The notes beneath the pieces were generated by a model, which saw only the letters and a program-made list of their open reading frames with translations, was not told the origin of the DNA and did no database searches. DNA of 64,000 nucleotides from an uncultured Verrucomicrobiae bacterium (GTDB taxonomy: Bacteria; Verrucomicrobiota; Verrucomicrobiia; Chthoniobacterales; JAATET01): contig CAVRCI010000007.1 of the NCBI GenBank assembly GCA_963719495.1, positions 96,001 to 160,000 of the forward strand. Direction: 5' to 3'. Each line of letters begins with the position of its first letter. Positions within the stretch are counted from its first letter, which is position 1. Below, piece after piece: positions 28,201 to 36,900 of this stretch. The position numbers and the translations under genes were made by a program.

Positions 28201-29960
28201 GCTCCCGCGCCCGCAACGGCCCCGCCGTTCGCGAAGCTCGCGCCGCTGAACGTGTGATCGACGTCCGCCACGAGCGTCCCGCCCCGCACCGCCAGGCTCG
28301 TTCCGCTCGCCAGCGTGCTGCCGGAAGCCAGCGTCGTCGTTCCGCTCACGAGCTCGAGCCGGTCCGACCCCAGCGCCGAGCCGGACGCGAACGTCACCGC
28401 GTCGCTGTTCACCCGCAACGTCCCGGAGTCGACCGTCGAACCCGAATCGAACGTGAACCCGCCGCTCAGCCCGAGGACTGACGCGCCCCGGATGATCGCC
28501 GCTCCGGTCGTCGAACCGCCGTCGCCCGCGGTGAGGTTCATCGTCCCCTGATCGACGTCGAGCGTGCCGGAATTCGCGAACGCCCCGTCGACCGAATACA
28601 CGTTTGAACCAAATTTCTGAAAAGTTCCCTCGTTCAAAAATTGATTCCCGGCGTCCGGCAGCGCCCGACCGATGCTCGCGTCCCCGCCGCTCGCGTTCGC
28701 GATGAACGTGCCCGAGTTTCGAAAAACCGACCCACCGCCCGTCGAGTCCGCGTTGAGGACGATCGCGCTCTCACCGCTCCCGAGCCGCGCCTGCGTGAAT
28801 TGCGCGGAATTCACGACCTCCGTGCCGCCGTTCACGTTGAAGTATTGATCGGTCGAAGTCGTCGAAAAGTTCACGTCCGTTGCAAACGTCTTCGTCCCCG
28901 TGCCGCCGAACGTATAGGTCGATCCATCGAAGGTCGCCGCGGTCGCGAACGTCACGTCGCCCGAGCCGAGCACCGCGCCGCCGTTGGTGAACGCCGCGCC
29001 CGAGAACGTGTGGTCGGCGTTGCTCGTGAGCGTCCCACCGTTCACCGCCAGATTGGACGACCCAAACGCCACGCCGTTTTCGACAACGACGTTGCCGCTC
29101 ACCAATTCCAGCGTCGCGACCGACAGATTGCTGCCCGCCGCGAAGGTCGTCGTGCCGCCGTTGTTCGTGAGCTTCCCCCCACCGGACACTCCGGCACCCG
29201 GGGCAAAGTTGAACCCGCCACTCAGCGCCAGCGTCCCGGTGACCGTCTGCGATCCCGTCGTCGAGCCACCGTCGCCCGCGTTCAGCTCGAGCGTCCCGGC
29301 CTGCACCTGCGAGGTCCCCGAATTCACGAAGGCCACGTTCACGTCGTAATCCGCCGCACCCGATTTCACGAACGTCCCCTCGTTGACAAATCGGTTACCC
29401 ACCGCCGCCGCGCCGAAGCCCACGCTCGCCCCCGCCGTCGTCGTGGCCGCGGTGAAGGTCGCCGCCGACGCATTGCGGAAGGTCGACCCGCCGCCGAGGC
29501 CGTCCGAATTGAGAATGATCCCCGTGTCCGTCGACCCGCCCTGCGTGTGCGTGAACGATCCGAGATTCGCCACTTCCGCACCGCCCACGACGTTCACAAA
29601 CGCCGCGCTCGCCCCACCCGAAAGCGCCGCCGAACCACCCAACCGCGTGACGCCTCCCGCGAAGACCGCTCCGTTGCCCAGCGTCGTCGCCGCCGTGATC
29701 GTTTTCGTTCCGACGGAAGCCAACGAGGCCGCCGAGAAGTTCAGCGAGTCGAGCGTGACGTCGACGTCGAGCGTCACGTCCCCGCCGGCGATGATCGCGG
29801 CGTAGGTGTCCGCGGCCCCCGGTTGGCCGTTGTTTGGGTAGACCGGATTCGTGGTCCAATTCAGCGGATCGCTGAAATCACCCGGTCCGCCGAGGAAGGT
29901 AGAGGTCGTCTGGGCACCCGCGGTCGCGGCGAAGGCTAGGATTGCGAGGATCGTTTTCAT
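25167..29960 (-). CDS. Giant (1597 aa) repeat-rich beta-helical surface protein with PEP-CTERM signal
   Basis: Signal peptide MKTILAILAFAATAGA; about five ~250-aa Gly/Thr/Asn-rich repeats; Ig-like IAFGTVHVG segment; VVPEPSTIAL + TM + RRR. Confidence 0.88.
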   Translation of the reverse strand: MKTILAILAFAATAGAQTTSTFLGGPGDFSDPLNWTTNPVYPNNGQPGAADTYAAIIAGGDVTLDVDVTLDSLNFSAASLASVGTKTITAATTLGNGAVFAGGVTRLGGSAALSGGASAAFVNVVGGAEVANLGSFTHTQGGSTDTGIILNSDGLGGGSTFRNASAATFTAATTTAGASVGFGAAAVGNRFVNEGTFVKSGAADYDVNVAFVNSGTSQVQAGTLELNAGDGGSTTGSQTVTGTLALSGGFNFAPGAGVSGGGKLTNNGGTTTFAAGSNLSVATLELVSGNVVVENGVAFGSSNLAVNGGTLTSNADHTFSGAAFTNGGAVLGSGDVTFATAATFDGSTYTFGGTGTKTFATDVNFSTTSTDQYFNVNGGTEVVNSAQFTQARLGSGESAIVLNADSTGGGSVFRNSGTFIANASGGDASIGRALPDAGNQFLNEGTFQKFGSNVYSVDGAFANSGTLDVDQGTMNLTAGDGGSTTGAAIIRGASVLGLSGGFTFDSGSTVDSGTLRVNSDAVTFASGSALGSDRLELVSGTTTLASGSTLASGTSLAVRGGTLVADVDHTFSGASFANGGAVAGAGALEFVGTTVFDGASYTFGGTGGKTFNGNTAISAGATDQFFNVNGGTTVTNGGTFTQTKTGLGASSIVLNADEAGGVSQFVNGPGANFTANVLNGDASVGFAEETAGNVFVNNGTFNKSGTGTYAANVAFRNNADVSVQQGPLNLNAGDGGATNGVYAVSNGATLGLSGTFTFGSGSSVAGAGTLLVRSGDTTFSSGSALDPQTLRLLSGTTTMAAGSTLRSGTVQVAGGTLQLDIAHTFQGAAFSNGGSVTGSGAATFAGTTTFDGSSPTLGGSGAKVFTGSATIEAGATDQFFNVDGGTKVQSNGTFTQRRLAAGDSQIVLNADRAGGSSRFTNAGTFTADVRVGSAGVGFGDAVGDITFDNNGQFIKTGSGDYNANVIFRNGGDVNVQQGILNLNAGSGNTVVFGDFAVAGGATLGLAGTNSFASTVGFTGAGSVVVRGGTTSFAAGSSFASGVLELHGGTTTFDAGSAIGATALRISGGTLESNVAKAFSGTTFTNGGTVAGSGATTFAGTTSFDGSSYVFGGSGVKTFSGTTVIAAGATDQFIDVRGGAQVVNTGSFTQRRTGAGLSSLVLNSDSAGPATFRNATGAFFTADVTTGIAAVGFGKADPGNRFINQGFLNKTGAGTYQTNVVLENTGTVIVGAGTLAATAGITGNGTVDINANAVLDLSENVHTSEIGQLQHKGANLALGANDVVVSADYTNANFGSGNAFDRRSNVTGTGQILAGGDAALVATVDAAGGTIAFGTVHVGDTVSKSYALANTGTSGPAIRGALQTNVNGGNLTDSRLSGSGVTAGNFGPVAAGGATAARDVTLTAATAGALTGQSIHVATNFDNVAAIDLAITGAVNFFAEPVLAKASGDAVFTMDSATRYTIDFGTLDVADSLRSINLALENFLRDPVFQDALGGTFDLSGLTAFDATGFAAFAGLASGGERTGYNVEIDPGPLGNGVYAESLFYDPTSANGSGTSNLAQIELAFRATVVPEPSTIALVVIALSLLAWNARRRVSTNR

Positions 29961-31015
29961 GGTTGGCGTGGATCGGGTTGGGCGTAGAAGTCGCGCACGA
30001 CGTCGGCGGCGGGTTTGCCCCGGAATTGGAAATCGGTCGGCGGCTGCGGGTGGTAATCGAGGTCCGAGAACCAATGCCACCAGTAGAAGCCGTAGAACCA
30101 ACCCTGATCCCAAAAAGTTCGGAACAGAACTTCAAAACTCACCCGCTGTTCTTCGAGATCGACCGGCGGCGGCAGGTCGTCCCGCCACGAGTGCGGCTTG
30201 AGACCCGCGCCCGGGATGCTGCGGAACCCGGCTTCGAGGAAGAGCACCGGCTTGTTGAACCGCGCCGCCACCTCCGCCACGTGGTCCCGCGCCTTGGCGG
30301 CTTCCGCCAGCCGATCCTCGAGCGTCCCGCCTCCGATCGGGAAATAGAACGAAACGCCGATGTATTCCAGCAGGTCCCAAAACTCGACGGTGTCGATCTC
30401 CTCCGCCCAGTTCGCCGAGTAGGTGCAGGGCCCCTTGTAGACTCCCCGCACGTCGAGGATGACCTGCCGCCAATCCGCCGGGCGCAGCTCCGTGGACGTC
30501 CGCATCTCGCTGCCGACGCTGAAGAGTTCCACCCCCTCCTCCTGAGCCATCCGCGCCCACGTCAGGATGAATTCGGTGTAGGCCGCGAACCATTCCCGCC
30601 ATTCCCCACCGCTCTTCATCCGCACGTCGCCGCGCCAATCGCCACGCGCGCCATACATGCCAATCCAGATCTGCGGTGCCAGCGTGACCGCCAGACCCGC
30701 CGCGTGCGCCGACCGGATCATCCGTCGGATACTGTCGGGCGTCATCGTGAGATCCTCGCCCGTGTAGCCGAAGATCCTCGGGTCCTCCGTGTTGAAGCTG
30801 TAGCCGAGCGGGATGATCGTCACGCTGTCGACGCCGAGCTTTCTCAGTTCCTCGAGCGACCGCGCCGCCATCTCGCTGCCGTAGCCGCGCTCGACGCTGT
30901 GGTTGTGGGCGAGCACGACGCCGCGTTGGAAACGGGGCTGAAAATCCGCGCCGATGGGTGGGACGCGGCCAATGGAGAACACGGCGAGGGAGAGCATGGC
31001 AACGAGAGCGGTCAT
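29957..31015 (-). CDS. GH113-like glycoside hydrolase (TIM barrel)
   Basis: AHAAGLAVTLAPQIW, WRGDV, FSVGSEM, TYSANW, FWDLLEYIGVSFYFP, LFLEAGFRS, GFYWWHW. Confidence 0.8.
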   Translation of the reverse strand: MTALVAMLSLAVFSIGRVPPIGADFQPRFQRGVVLAHNHSVERGYGSEMAARSLEELRKLGVDSVTIIPLGYSFNTEDPRIFGYTGEDLTMTPDSIRRMIRSAHAAGLAVTLAPQIWIGMYGARGDWRGDVRMKSGGEWREWFAAYTEFILTWARMAQEEGVELFSVGSEMRTSTELRPADWRQVILDVRGVYKGPCTYSANWAEEIDTVEFWDLLEYIGVSFYFPIGGGTLEDRLAEAAKARDHVAEVAARFNKPVLFLEAGFRSIPGAGLKPHSWRDDLPPPVDLEEQRVSFEVLFRTFWDQGWFYGFYWWHWFSDLDYHPQPPTDFQFRGKPAADVVRDFYAQPDPRQP

Positions 31016-32595
31016 CGGATGGTGGCAGCGACGGTGTCGGTCACCGGGGGCGAGTTGGCAAGCAACCGCCAGCGCCCGGCCTCGACTTCGGGTTGGAAGA
31101 ACGCGCGTTTGTCGGCGCCGAGCGAGGTCCACGCGCGGGAGATCAATTCGGAATTTCCACCCGTCGCCGACCCACGAAGCAAGGCGTGGGACGCGCAGAG
31201 ATGCGGGTTCTCCAGCGAGAACCGGAACCGCGCCTCGTGGGACAGCACGAAGCGCGAGCCATCGTTCAGCAGCGCAACGAGCCCCGATCCCACCGACGCG
31301 TCGAGCAACACGTTCGTCGCGGCGGGGTTCGCGGCGAGCCGGTCCACGATCTCCCGCTCGTCGGCGAAAGTCGTGACGTCCGCGCCCCGCGCGAGCCGCG
31401 CGAAAACCCGTTCCTCGGACCGGGGCGAATCTGCCAGATCGATCCAGCCGACAGCGGCCACCGCAAGCGTCGCAACGGTCAACGCCGTGAATTCTCGCGG
31501 TCGAAACCGGCCCAGCTGGGCCCCCAGTAAAATCAGCGAGACGGCGAGCAGTGTCGCCAACGACCGCCCCTCCCGCGCCAGCGAACTCCCGCCGTTCCAA
31601 ACCAGCAGAAATTCCACCACGAACGGGGTCGCGCACAACCAAGCCACCGCCGCGTTGCGCAGGCGGATCACCACGTAGATGAGAACCGGTCCGGCCAGAA
31701 GCAGACCCAGCGAGACGTGCGCGAACGCGGCCACCGGCGAGCGCAGTGACCACCGCAATCCGTCGCCCAGCCCCCCGTCGCCCACCTCGAGGGCCGCGAT
31801 CGAAGCGGGCCGCGGAAACCCGGGCCACCCGGCGCCAAACGCCCAGCCCAGCCCAAGAACGAGAGCTTGGATGGTGACCATCGGCAGAAAGAGCAGCAGC
31901 GCGATGGTGACCACCTTGCGAAGATCCCGCCGGTCCCCGGGCGGCAGCAGCAACGGCGACGCGAGGAGAAACAAAGGCAGCGCGACCGCGAGTCCGGGCG
32001 TGGCGAGAGAAGCCAACCCGAGGGCCAGCGCCGCGGCCCAAAGAAACCGAATGGCGTGCGCCTGCTCGCGCTCCGGATCGACCCAAGCCGAGAGCCGACC
32101 CGCCGCGCGGGCCTCCCGCAGATTCTGCTGCTCGATCGCAAACCGCGCCGCGAGCTGAATCGCGACGACGAGCGGCAAGAAACCCGTGATCGTGGACGTG
32201 CCCGTGACCGAACTCAGAAACACACCCGGCAACACCGGCACCGCGAAGACCAGCAACGCCAGCGCCGGACTCCGGACGACGACCCCGCTATACGAATACA
32301 ACAACCACCCGAGCAGGAACCCACCAGCCAGAGCCGACACGCCCAGCGAAGGGTTCGGCAGCCCGACGGCCGCGAAGGGAATGGCCGCCAGAAAGGGCAA
32401 CGGCGGCTGCGGGATGCCGAGGCTGGCGAACGTCAGCAGATCGCCCCGCGCCGCCAGGATCGCCCGCGCGGAGATGAGCGCGCCTTCGTTCGTCAGGAAG
32501 CCACACCACGCCGCCAGGGCCTGGCCCGTCGCCAGCAAAGCGACCGTCAGGGCGACGACAACGAACGCTATCCCAAGCGGCGAGAATCTACGCAT
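31012..32595 (-). CDS. Polytopic membrane protein, possibly GT-C-like, in the EPS operon
   Basis: Numerous TM helices, PPLPFL segment, soluble C-terminal domain; overlaps both neighbours. Confidence 0.6.
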   Translation of the reverse strand: MRRFSPLGIAFVVVALTVALLATGQALAAWCGFLTNEGALISARAILAARGDLLTFASLGIPQPPLPFLAAIPFAAVGLPNPSLGVSALAGGFLLGWLLYSYSGVVVRSPALALLVFAVPVLPGVFLSSVTGTSTITGFLPLVVAIQLAARFAIEQQNLREARAAGRLSAWVDPEREQAHAIRFLWAAALALGLASLATPGLAVALPLFLLASPLLLPPGDRRDLRKVVTIALLLFLPMVTIQALVLGLGWAFGAGWPGFPRPASIAALEVGDGGLGDGLRWSLRSPVAAFAHVSLGLLLAGPVLIYVVIRLRNAAVAWLCATPFVVEFLLVWNGGSSLAREGRSLATLLAVSLILLGAQLGRFRPREFTALTVATLAVAAVGWIDLADSPRSEERVFARLARGADVTTFADEREIVDRLAANPAATNVLLDASVGSGLVALLNDGSRFVLSHEARFRFSLENPHLCASHALLRGSATGGNSELISRAWTSLGADKRAFFQPEVEAGRWRLLANSPPVTDTVAATIR

Positions 32596-34438
32596 CGGAC
32601 GTTTTGGGTGCGGCGACGTTCGCGTGAAGTCCACCGGTCATGGATGACAGGCCGTGGTCGGTTTTTTCCCAATAAAAGGGATTCACGATCAGCTGCCAGA
32701 GTCCCTTGTAAGCCGCGATGGCGTGCAGCATCCAATAGAACGGATTCAGCAACGCATACGGGCTCAACGCGTGGCGCCCGCGCCGGAAGACGGCGAGCAC
32801 GCAGGCGTAGACCGCCATCAGATTCCCGATCACGAGATTCGCGATCGAAAGCGTGAGCAGCCACGGCGGAAAAATGGCGTCGATCAAGGGCGAGCGCGTG
32901 ACCGCCCACACGATCACGATGAGCCAGAGGATCGGATTCACGAGAAACGTGAAGGGAGTCCCGCCGATGAAGAGAACGAACCCAATGAACCCGCGCCACC
33001 CGATGCGACCGATGATCCGCGACGGATGCCGGGTGTGCACGAGGAAGGTCTGCATGTAACCCTTGATCCAGCGGGAGCGCTGTCGGATCCAGTTGCCGGT
33101 GTGGCAATTCGCCTCCTCGAACGTCGTCGAATCGATGGTCGCAACCGTGTAGCCGCGGGCGTTGGCGCGAACGCCGAGGTCGGCATCCTCGGTGACGTTG
33201 TAGGGGTCCCAGGCACCGAGCTCGCGCAGCCGGTCGGTCTTGAAATGGTTGCTCGTGCCCCCGAGCGGAATCGGGATCCGCAGCGCCTCCATGCCGGGAA
33301 GATTGTAGTCGAACCAACTCGTGTATTCGAGCGTGAAGAGCCGCGTGAGCAGGTTCTCCCGCCAATTGAAGTAATTGAGGCAACCCTGAATGCACACGAC
33401 CCGGTCGGACAGTTTGGCGAAGGAAACGACGACCTTTTCCAGCTGATCGGGCTCGGGGTAATCCTCCGCGTCGTAGATCGCGGTGTATTTCCCGCGGACG
33501 AAGAACATGCCGAAATTGCACGCCTTCGGCTTCGTCTTCGGGCTCGCCGGCGGGACGATGATGGTGTGGAAGTTCGGCGGCGGGTTGATCGCCCGCACGG
33601 CAGCGATCGTCTCGTCGTCGCCCTCTTCGAGCAGGATGTTCACGTCCAGCTTGGCCAGCGGGTAGTTGAGCGCCGAGAGCTGCCGCACGAGGCCGGAAAT
33701 CACGAGGGGCTCGCGGTAGACCGGGACGAGGATCGAGTAGATCGGGAGCGCCGCCGGGTCGATCGCGTCGAGTTCTCGCGGCGACACCTTGTGCGAGACC
33801 GTCCGCGTGGATCCCACGAAGACCAGCAGCGTCTTGAACCCCACGCACAGCGTGTAGAAGAGGTTGAGCACGCAATTCACGACGATGATCGTCGCGATCG
33901 GCGCCGCGAGCAGACCCGCGAGGATGGCCGATCCGACCGCCCAGATGAATCCAAGCTGCGGCGGCGTGAAGGTCCGCCGGGCCGAGGCCGCCGGATTGGC
34001 TCTCGACAGCCCGTGCACCGCTTCGTCGAGAAAATCCCCGCCCCGGAATCGCGTGACCGCCTCGACCCACTCCTCCTCGAGCAGCAGACAGGGCCGGGCG
34101 GTCGCCGGGCGCAGCGTGGGCGGCAGCCGCGCGGGGTCCACGGCGGCCGTCGTCGGCAGGCCGTCCGGTGTCAGGACCGGAAGTGCGTGGTGGTCCCGCC
34201 AGAGATCCCAAGCGATGCTCGCGGACCGATCCGCGTCGAGCCGAAGCGCTCCCACCTCGTGCCGCACCACGTCGTGCACCTCCTCGTAGGCCCGCAGGTA
34301 GGCGGCGGCGCCGACGAGGCCCAGCGTCCGAAGCAGCGGATCGGCCTCGACGCCCCAGCTCGCCGCCGTCCGCTCGACGCGCAGGCGATCCCCGATGCCG
34401 AGGAGGCCCTGCTCGTGGAGGTGATTGACGACGCGCAT
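32588..34438 (-). CDS. Processive GT2 glycosyltransferase with a T2SSE_N-like N-terminal region
   Basis: ILVPVYRE, KTKPKACN, IYDAED, LGGTSNHF, NVTEDADLG, QRSRW, WEKTDHG. Confidence 0.9.
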   Translation of the reverse strand: MRVVNHLHEQGLLGIGDRLRVERTAASWGVEADPLLRTLGLVGAAAYLRAYEEVHDVVRHEVGALRLDADRSASIAWDLWRDHHALPVLTPDGLPTTAAVDPARLPPTLRPATARPCLLLEEEWVEAVTRFRGGDFLDEAVHGLSRANPAASARRTFTPPQLGFIWAVGSAILAGLLAAPIATIIVVNCVLNLFYTLCVGFKTLLVFVGSTRTVSHKVSPRELDAIDPAALPIYSILVPVYREPLVISGLVRQLSALNYPLAKLDVNILLEEGDDETIAAVRAINPPPNFHTIIVPPASPKTKPKACNFGMFFVRGKYTAIYDAEDYPEPDQLEKVVVSFAKLSDRVVCIQGCLNYFNWRENLLTRLFTLEYTSWFDYNLPGMEALRIPIPLGGTSNHFKTDRLRELGAWDPYNVTEDADLGVRANARGYTVATIDSTTFEEANCHTGNWIRQRSRWIKGYMQTFLVHTRHPSRIIGRIGWRGFIGFVLFIGGTPFTFLVNPILWLIVIVWAVTRSPLIDAIFPPWLLTLSIANLVIGNLMAVYACVLAVFRRGRHALSPYALLNPFYWMLHAIAAYKGLWQLIVNPFYWEKTDHGLSSMTGGLHANVAAPKTSDA

Positions 34439-34447
34439 CGCGATCGA

Positions 34448-36403
34448 TCAGCGAGCGTGTTGCCGACCCTGTTTGTAGACGAAAAAAATCGTGCCCGAGA
34501 GGGCGAGCCACAATCCCCCGACCGCCCACCAGCGCCACTGCCGCCAATCGCCGATCACCCCGCCGGGTCCCGCCGAGACGATCTCGATCCCCTCTTCGGC
34601 GGCGACCGTCGCGGTGGGTGCCTCGGCCGTCCCCGGGTCGCGGGTGCTCATCGTGAGCACGGGACTCGATCCATCGCCGACGATCACGTCCCCCGCCTCG
34701 ATCCAACGCGCGGCGGCGACCTGACCGGACATCGCCGCGAGCGCGGCTGGTCCGTCGGGGCCGGAAGATCCGGCGACGATGACGGGCCGCTCATCCGGGC
34801 CGGAACCAAGTTGCCAGTAACTCAGGCTTTCGTCGCTGGCGACGCGCAGCACCTCGCGCCCGCCATCGCCGCGGACCGTCACCTGTCCCGCATCAATGGC
34901 GATCGGCAGCGTGTCCGCAACGCCGTCCAAGTCCGCCGGTAATTCTCCGATCACCACCGTCGGCGCGTTGCCATCGGGCCGCTCGGTCAGCCGGGGTTCC
35001 AACCGCGTCGTGCGGTTCACCCGCTGGAGCCAGATCGCGACGGAGGCCGCGACCTCGAGCGTCCCACCGGCACCGAGCACGACGTCGTACGGCCCACCGG
35101 CAAAGGATCGCTGCGCGGCTTCGAGCAGACTCGACGGCCCGGTCGCGGGGGCGGGCGAACCGCCCCCGGCCGAGATCGCGAGCGTCTCCTCCAATTGCCA
35201 GAAGTAGGGCTTCGAGGGATCGCCCGGAATCATCACCACCCGCACCTCGCTCTCGCCTCTGAGATGCTCCGCCGGGAGCGCGACCGACCAGATGAATGTC
35301 GGACTCGCCGGATCCAGGGAGACCGAATGAACCAGCTGATCGTTGAGAAAAACCGCGCCAACCATCGGGCCGAAGCCCGACAGGTCCGACATCCGCCCGG
35401 CGAGATCGAGGATGAGCCGTCCCGGCGACGCGCCCAATCGCGCGGGTGCGAAGCTGAACTTCCGCTCGGTGTCGCCCGGTCCTCGATTCAGTTCACCGAT
35501 CCGCGGATCGAGCGCCCGCAAGGTCGTCGGATCCTCCGCCTCGTCCGCCCCGGCCGCATCGGCGACCGCGCTCATCTCGTCGCCGGGGATCACGGATTGC
35601 CCGGCTCCGATCAACATTTCCCACAGCGCCGCCGCTCCCACGGCATCCGCGGCGGACAGCGTGATGACCCGCCCGTTGGGCCCGGCGGCCACGGCGATTC
35701 CGGCTTCCCGCCCCGAAGCGATCTCGATCACGATCTCGTCGCCGACCTCCGGCGGCTCGGCCGCAACCGTCACCCGCCCGAAGGGTTGCGCGTGCGCCGC
35801 CCACGTCGCCGCCCGCAGCGCCAACTCCGCCGCGACCGGATCGCCCGGCCCGGGCAACCGAATTGTGACCGTCGGCCCCAGGGTCGCGGCCAGCCGCCCC
35901 ACCGCGAGCCAATCCGGATCCGCCGGATCGACGGAACAAACGAATTTCGTCTCGGGCCGGACGTCGATCCACGATGTCTCGCGAAGAATGTCGCCGCTCG
36001 CCGCCGGCTCGTCCCGGAGCGCCAGCGCTCCCCGCACCGTCAACTTGAGAACCTGGCTCGTCGGGTCGTCGGCCTTCACTTCCGCCGGGATCGCGGCCGA
36101 GATCGTGAGCGATCCGTCCTCGCCCACCGCCTTCGTCGCGACGGGGCGTTCGTTGACCAGAATCGTGACGACCGACCCCGGATCGAGAAAGGGCGACGTC
36201 TTCAGAACGACCTGAAACGAGGAAGTCCCGACGAGAAAATCCCGGCTCGGCAACGGGAAGAAAAAATCGCGTTCGACCGTCGTTCCCGCCAGACGCTCGG
36301 CTCGGACGAAGCCGATTTCGGCCAGGTTCCGCTCGACCACGACCGGAGCGGCCGTCGCCGATTGCAGGAGAATCGAAGCAAAAAGGGATCGGAGGATTTT
36401 CAT
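34448..36403 (-). CDS. BcsB-like periplasmic co-polymerase subunit
   Basis: Signal peptide, LAEIGF...L.G...RDFFFPLP, VTILVNERPV and AVFLNDQLV repeated beta-sandwich units, C-terminal TM anchor; upstream of GT2. Confidence 0.6.
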   Translation of the reverse strand: MKILRSLFASILLQSATAAPVVVERNLAEIGFVRAERLAGTTVERDFFFPLPSRDFLVGTSSFQVVLKTSPFLDPGSVVTILVNERPVATKAVGEDGSLTISAAIPAEVKADDPTSQVLKLTVRGALALRDEPAASGDILRETSWIDVRPETKFVCSVDPADPDWLAVGRLAATLGPTVTIRLPGPGDPVAAELALRAATWAAHAQPFGRVTVAAEPPEVGDEIVIEIASGREAGIAVAAGPNGRVITLSAADAVGAAALWEMLIGAGQSVIPGDEMSAVADAAGADEAEDPTTLRALDPRIGELNRGPGDTERKFSFAPARLGASPGRLILDLAGRMSDLSGFGPMVGAVFLNDQLVHSVSLDPASPTFIWSVALPAEHLRGESEVRVVMIPGDPSKPYFWQLEETLAISAGGGSPAPATGPSSLLEAAQRSFAGGPYDVVLGAGGTLEVAASVAIWLQRVNRTTRLEPRLTERPDGNAPTVVIGELPADLDGVADTLPIAIDAGQVTVRGDGGREVLRVASDESLSYWQLGSGPDERPVIVAGSSGPDGPAALAAMSGQVAAARWIEAGDVIVGDGSSPVLTMSTRDPGTAEAPTATVAAEEGIEIVSAGPGGVIGDWRQWRWWAVGGLWLALSGTIFFVYKQGRQHAR

Positions 36404-36900
36404 TGAAGCAGCCAGACGGTGAGCGAGACGCCGAGAGCGATCAGCGCCGAGATGACGATTGGAATCGTGAGCCGGCGGCGACTGGCTCCGGAAGCCGTCG
36501 CCTCGGAGACCTCGGGGTGGCTCCGCTCGAGCAGCCGACGAAAGGCCCCGACGATCTCATCGCCGCCGCAGGGCTTGAGGAGCACGAGGTCCGCTCCGGC
36601 GTTCATCAAGCCATCGCGGCCGCCCCAATCCGACCAACCGATCAACACCACGATGGGCGCGGTCACTCCGTTCCGACGCAGCTCGGCGACAGTCTCGTCG
36701 CCCGCCGGATCGCCCAGCCGGGCCGCGATCAGGCAGCCATCGAATCTCCAAGGCTCCGTCAGATCACGACCGCCGACGGCCCGTTCGACGCGAAAGCCGG
36801 CGGCTTCGAGCGTCCGGCTGACGGCTCGGGCCGAGAGGTCGTGGGTCTCGACGAAAAGAATTCGGCAGGCCGCCGCCGCCGGGGCGAGATCAGCGGCCAT
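36400..36900 (-). CDS. Pseudo-receiver domain protein with C-terminal TM helix
   Basis: ILFVETHD...FDGCLIAARLG...PIVVL...GADLVLLKP; the phosphoacceptor Asp position is Ala; hydrophobic tail. Confidence 0.7.
   Translation of the reverse strand: MAADLAPAAAACRILFVETHDLSARAVSRTLEAAGFRVERAVGGRDLTEPWRFDGCLIAARLGDPAGDETVAELRRNGVTAPIVVLIGWSDWGGRDGLMNAGADLVLLKPCGGDEIVGAFRRLLERSHPEVSEATASGASRRRLTIPIVISALIALGVSLTVWLLQ

Noticed and set aside
24834..28481. 1215-aa plus-strand ORF and other long antisense ORFs (4812..6611, 20149..22065, 32654..34942, 39218..42103)
   Set aside because: Stop-poor shadow frames typical of high-GC DNA opposite well-supported genes; no motifs
29957..31015. Gene transfer agent component (GTA TIM-barrel-like similarity)
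   Set aside because: EPS operon context and an N-terminal hydrophobic leader favour a GH113 hydrolase; no GTA genes nearby
32588..36403. Calling the locus bcsAB cellulose synthase
   Set aside because: GT2 lacks PilZ and the BcsA-type HAKAGN/FFCGS motifs; no bcsC or bcsZ
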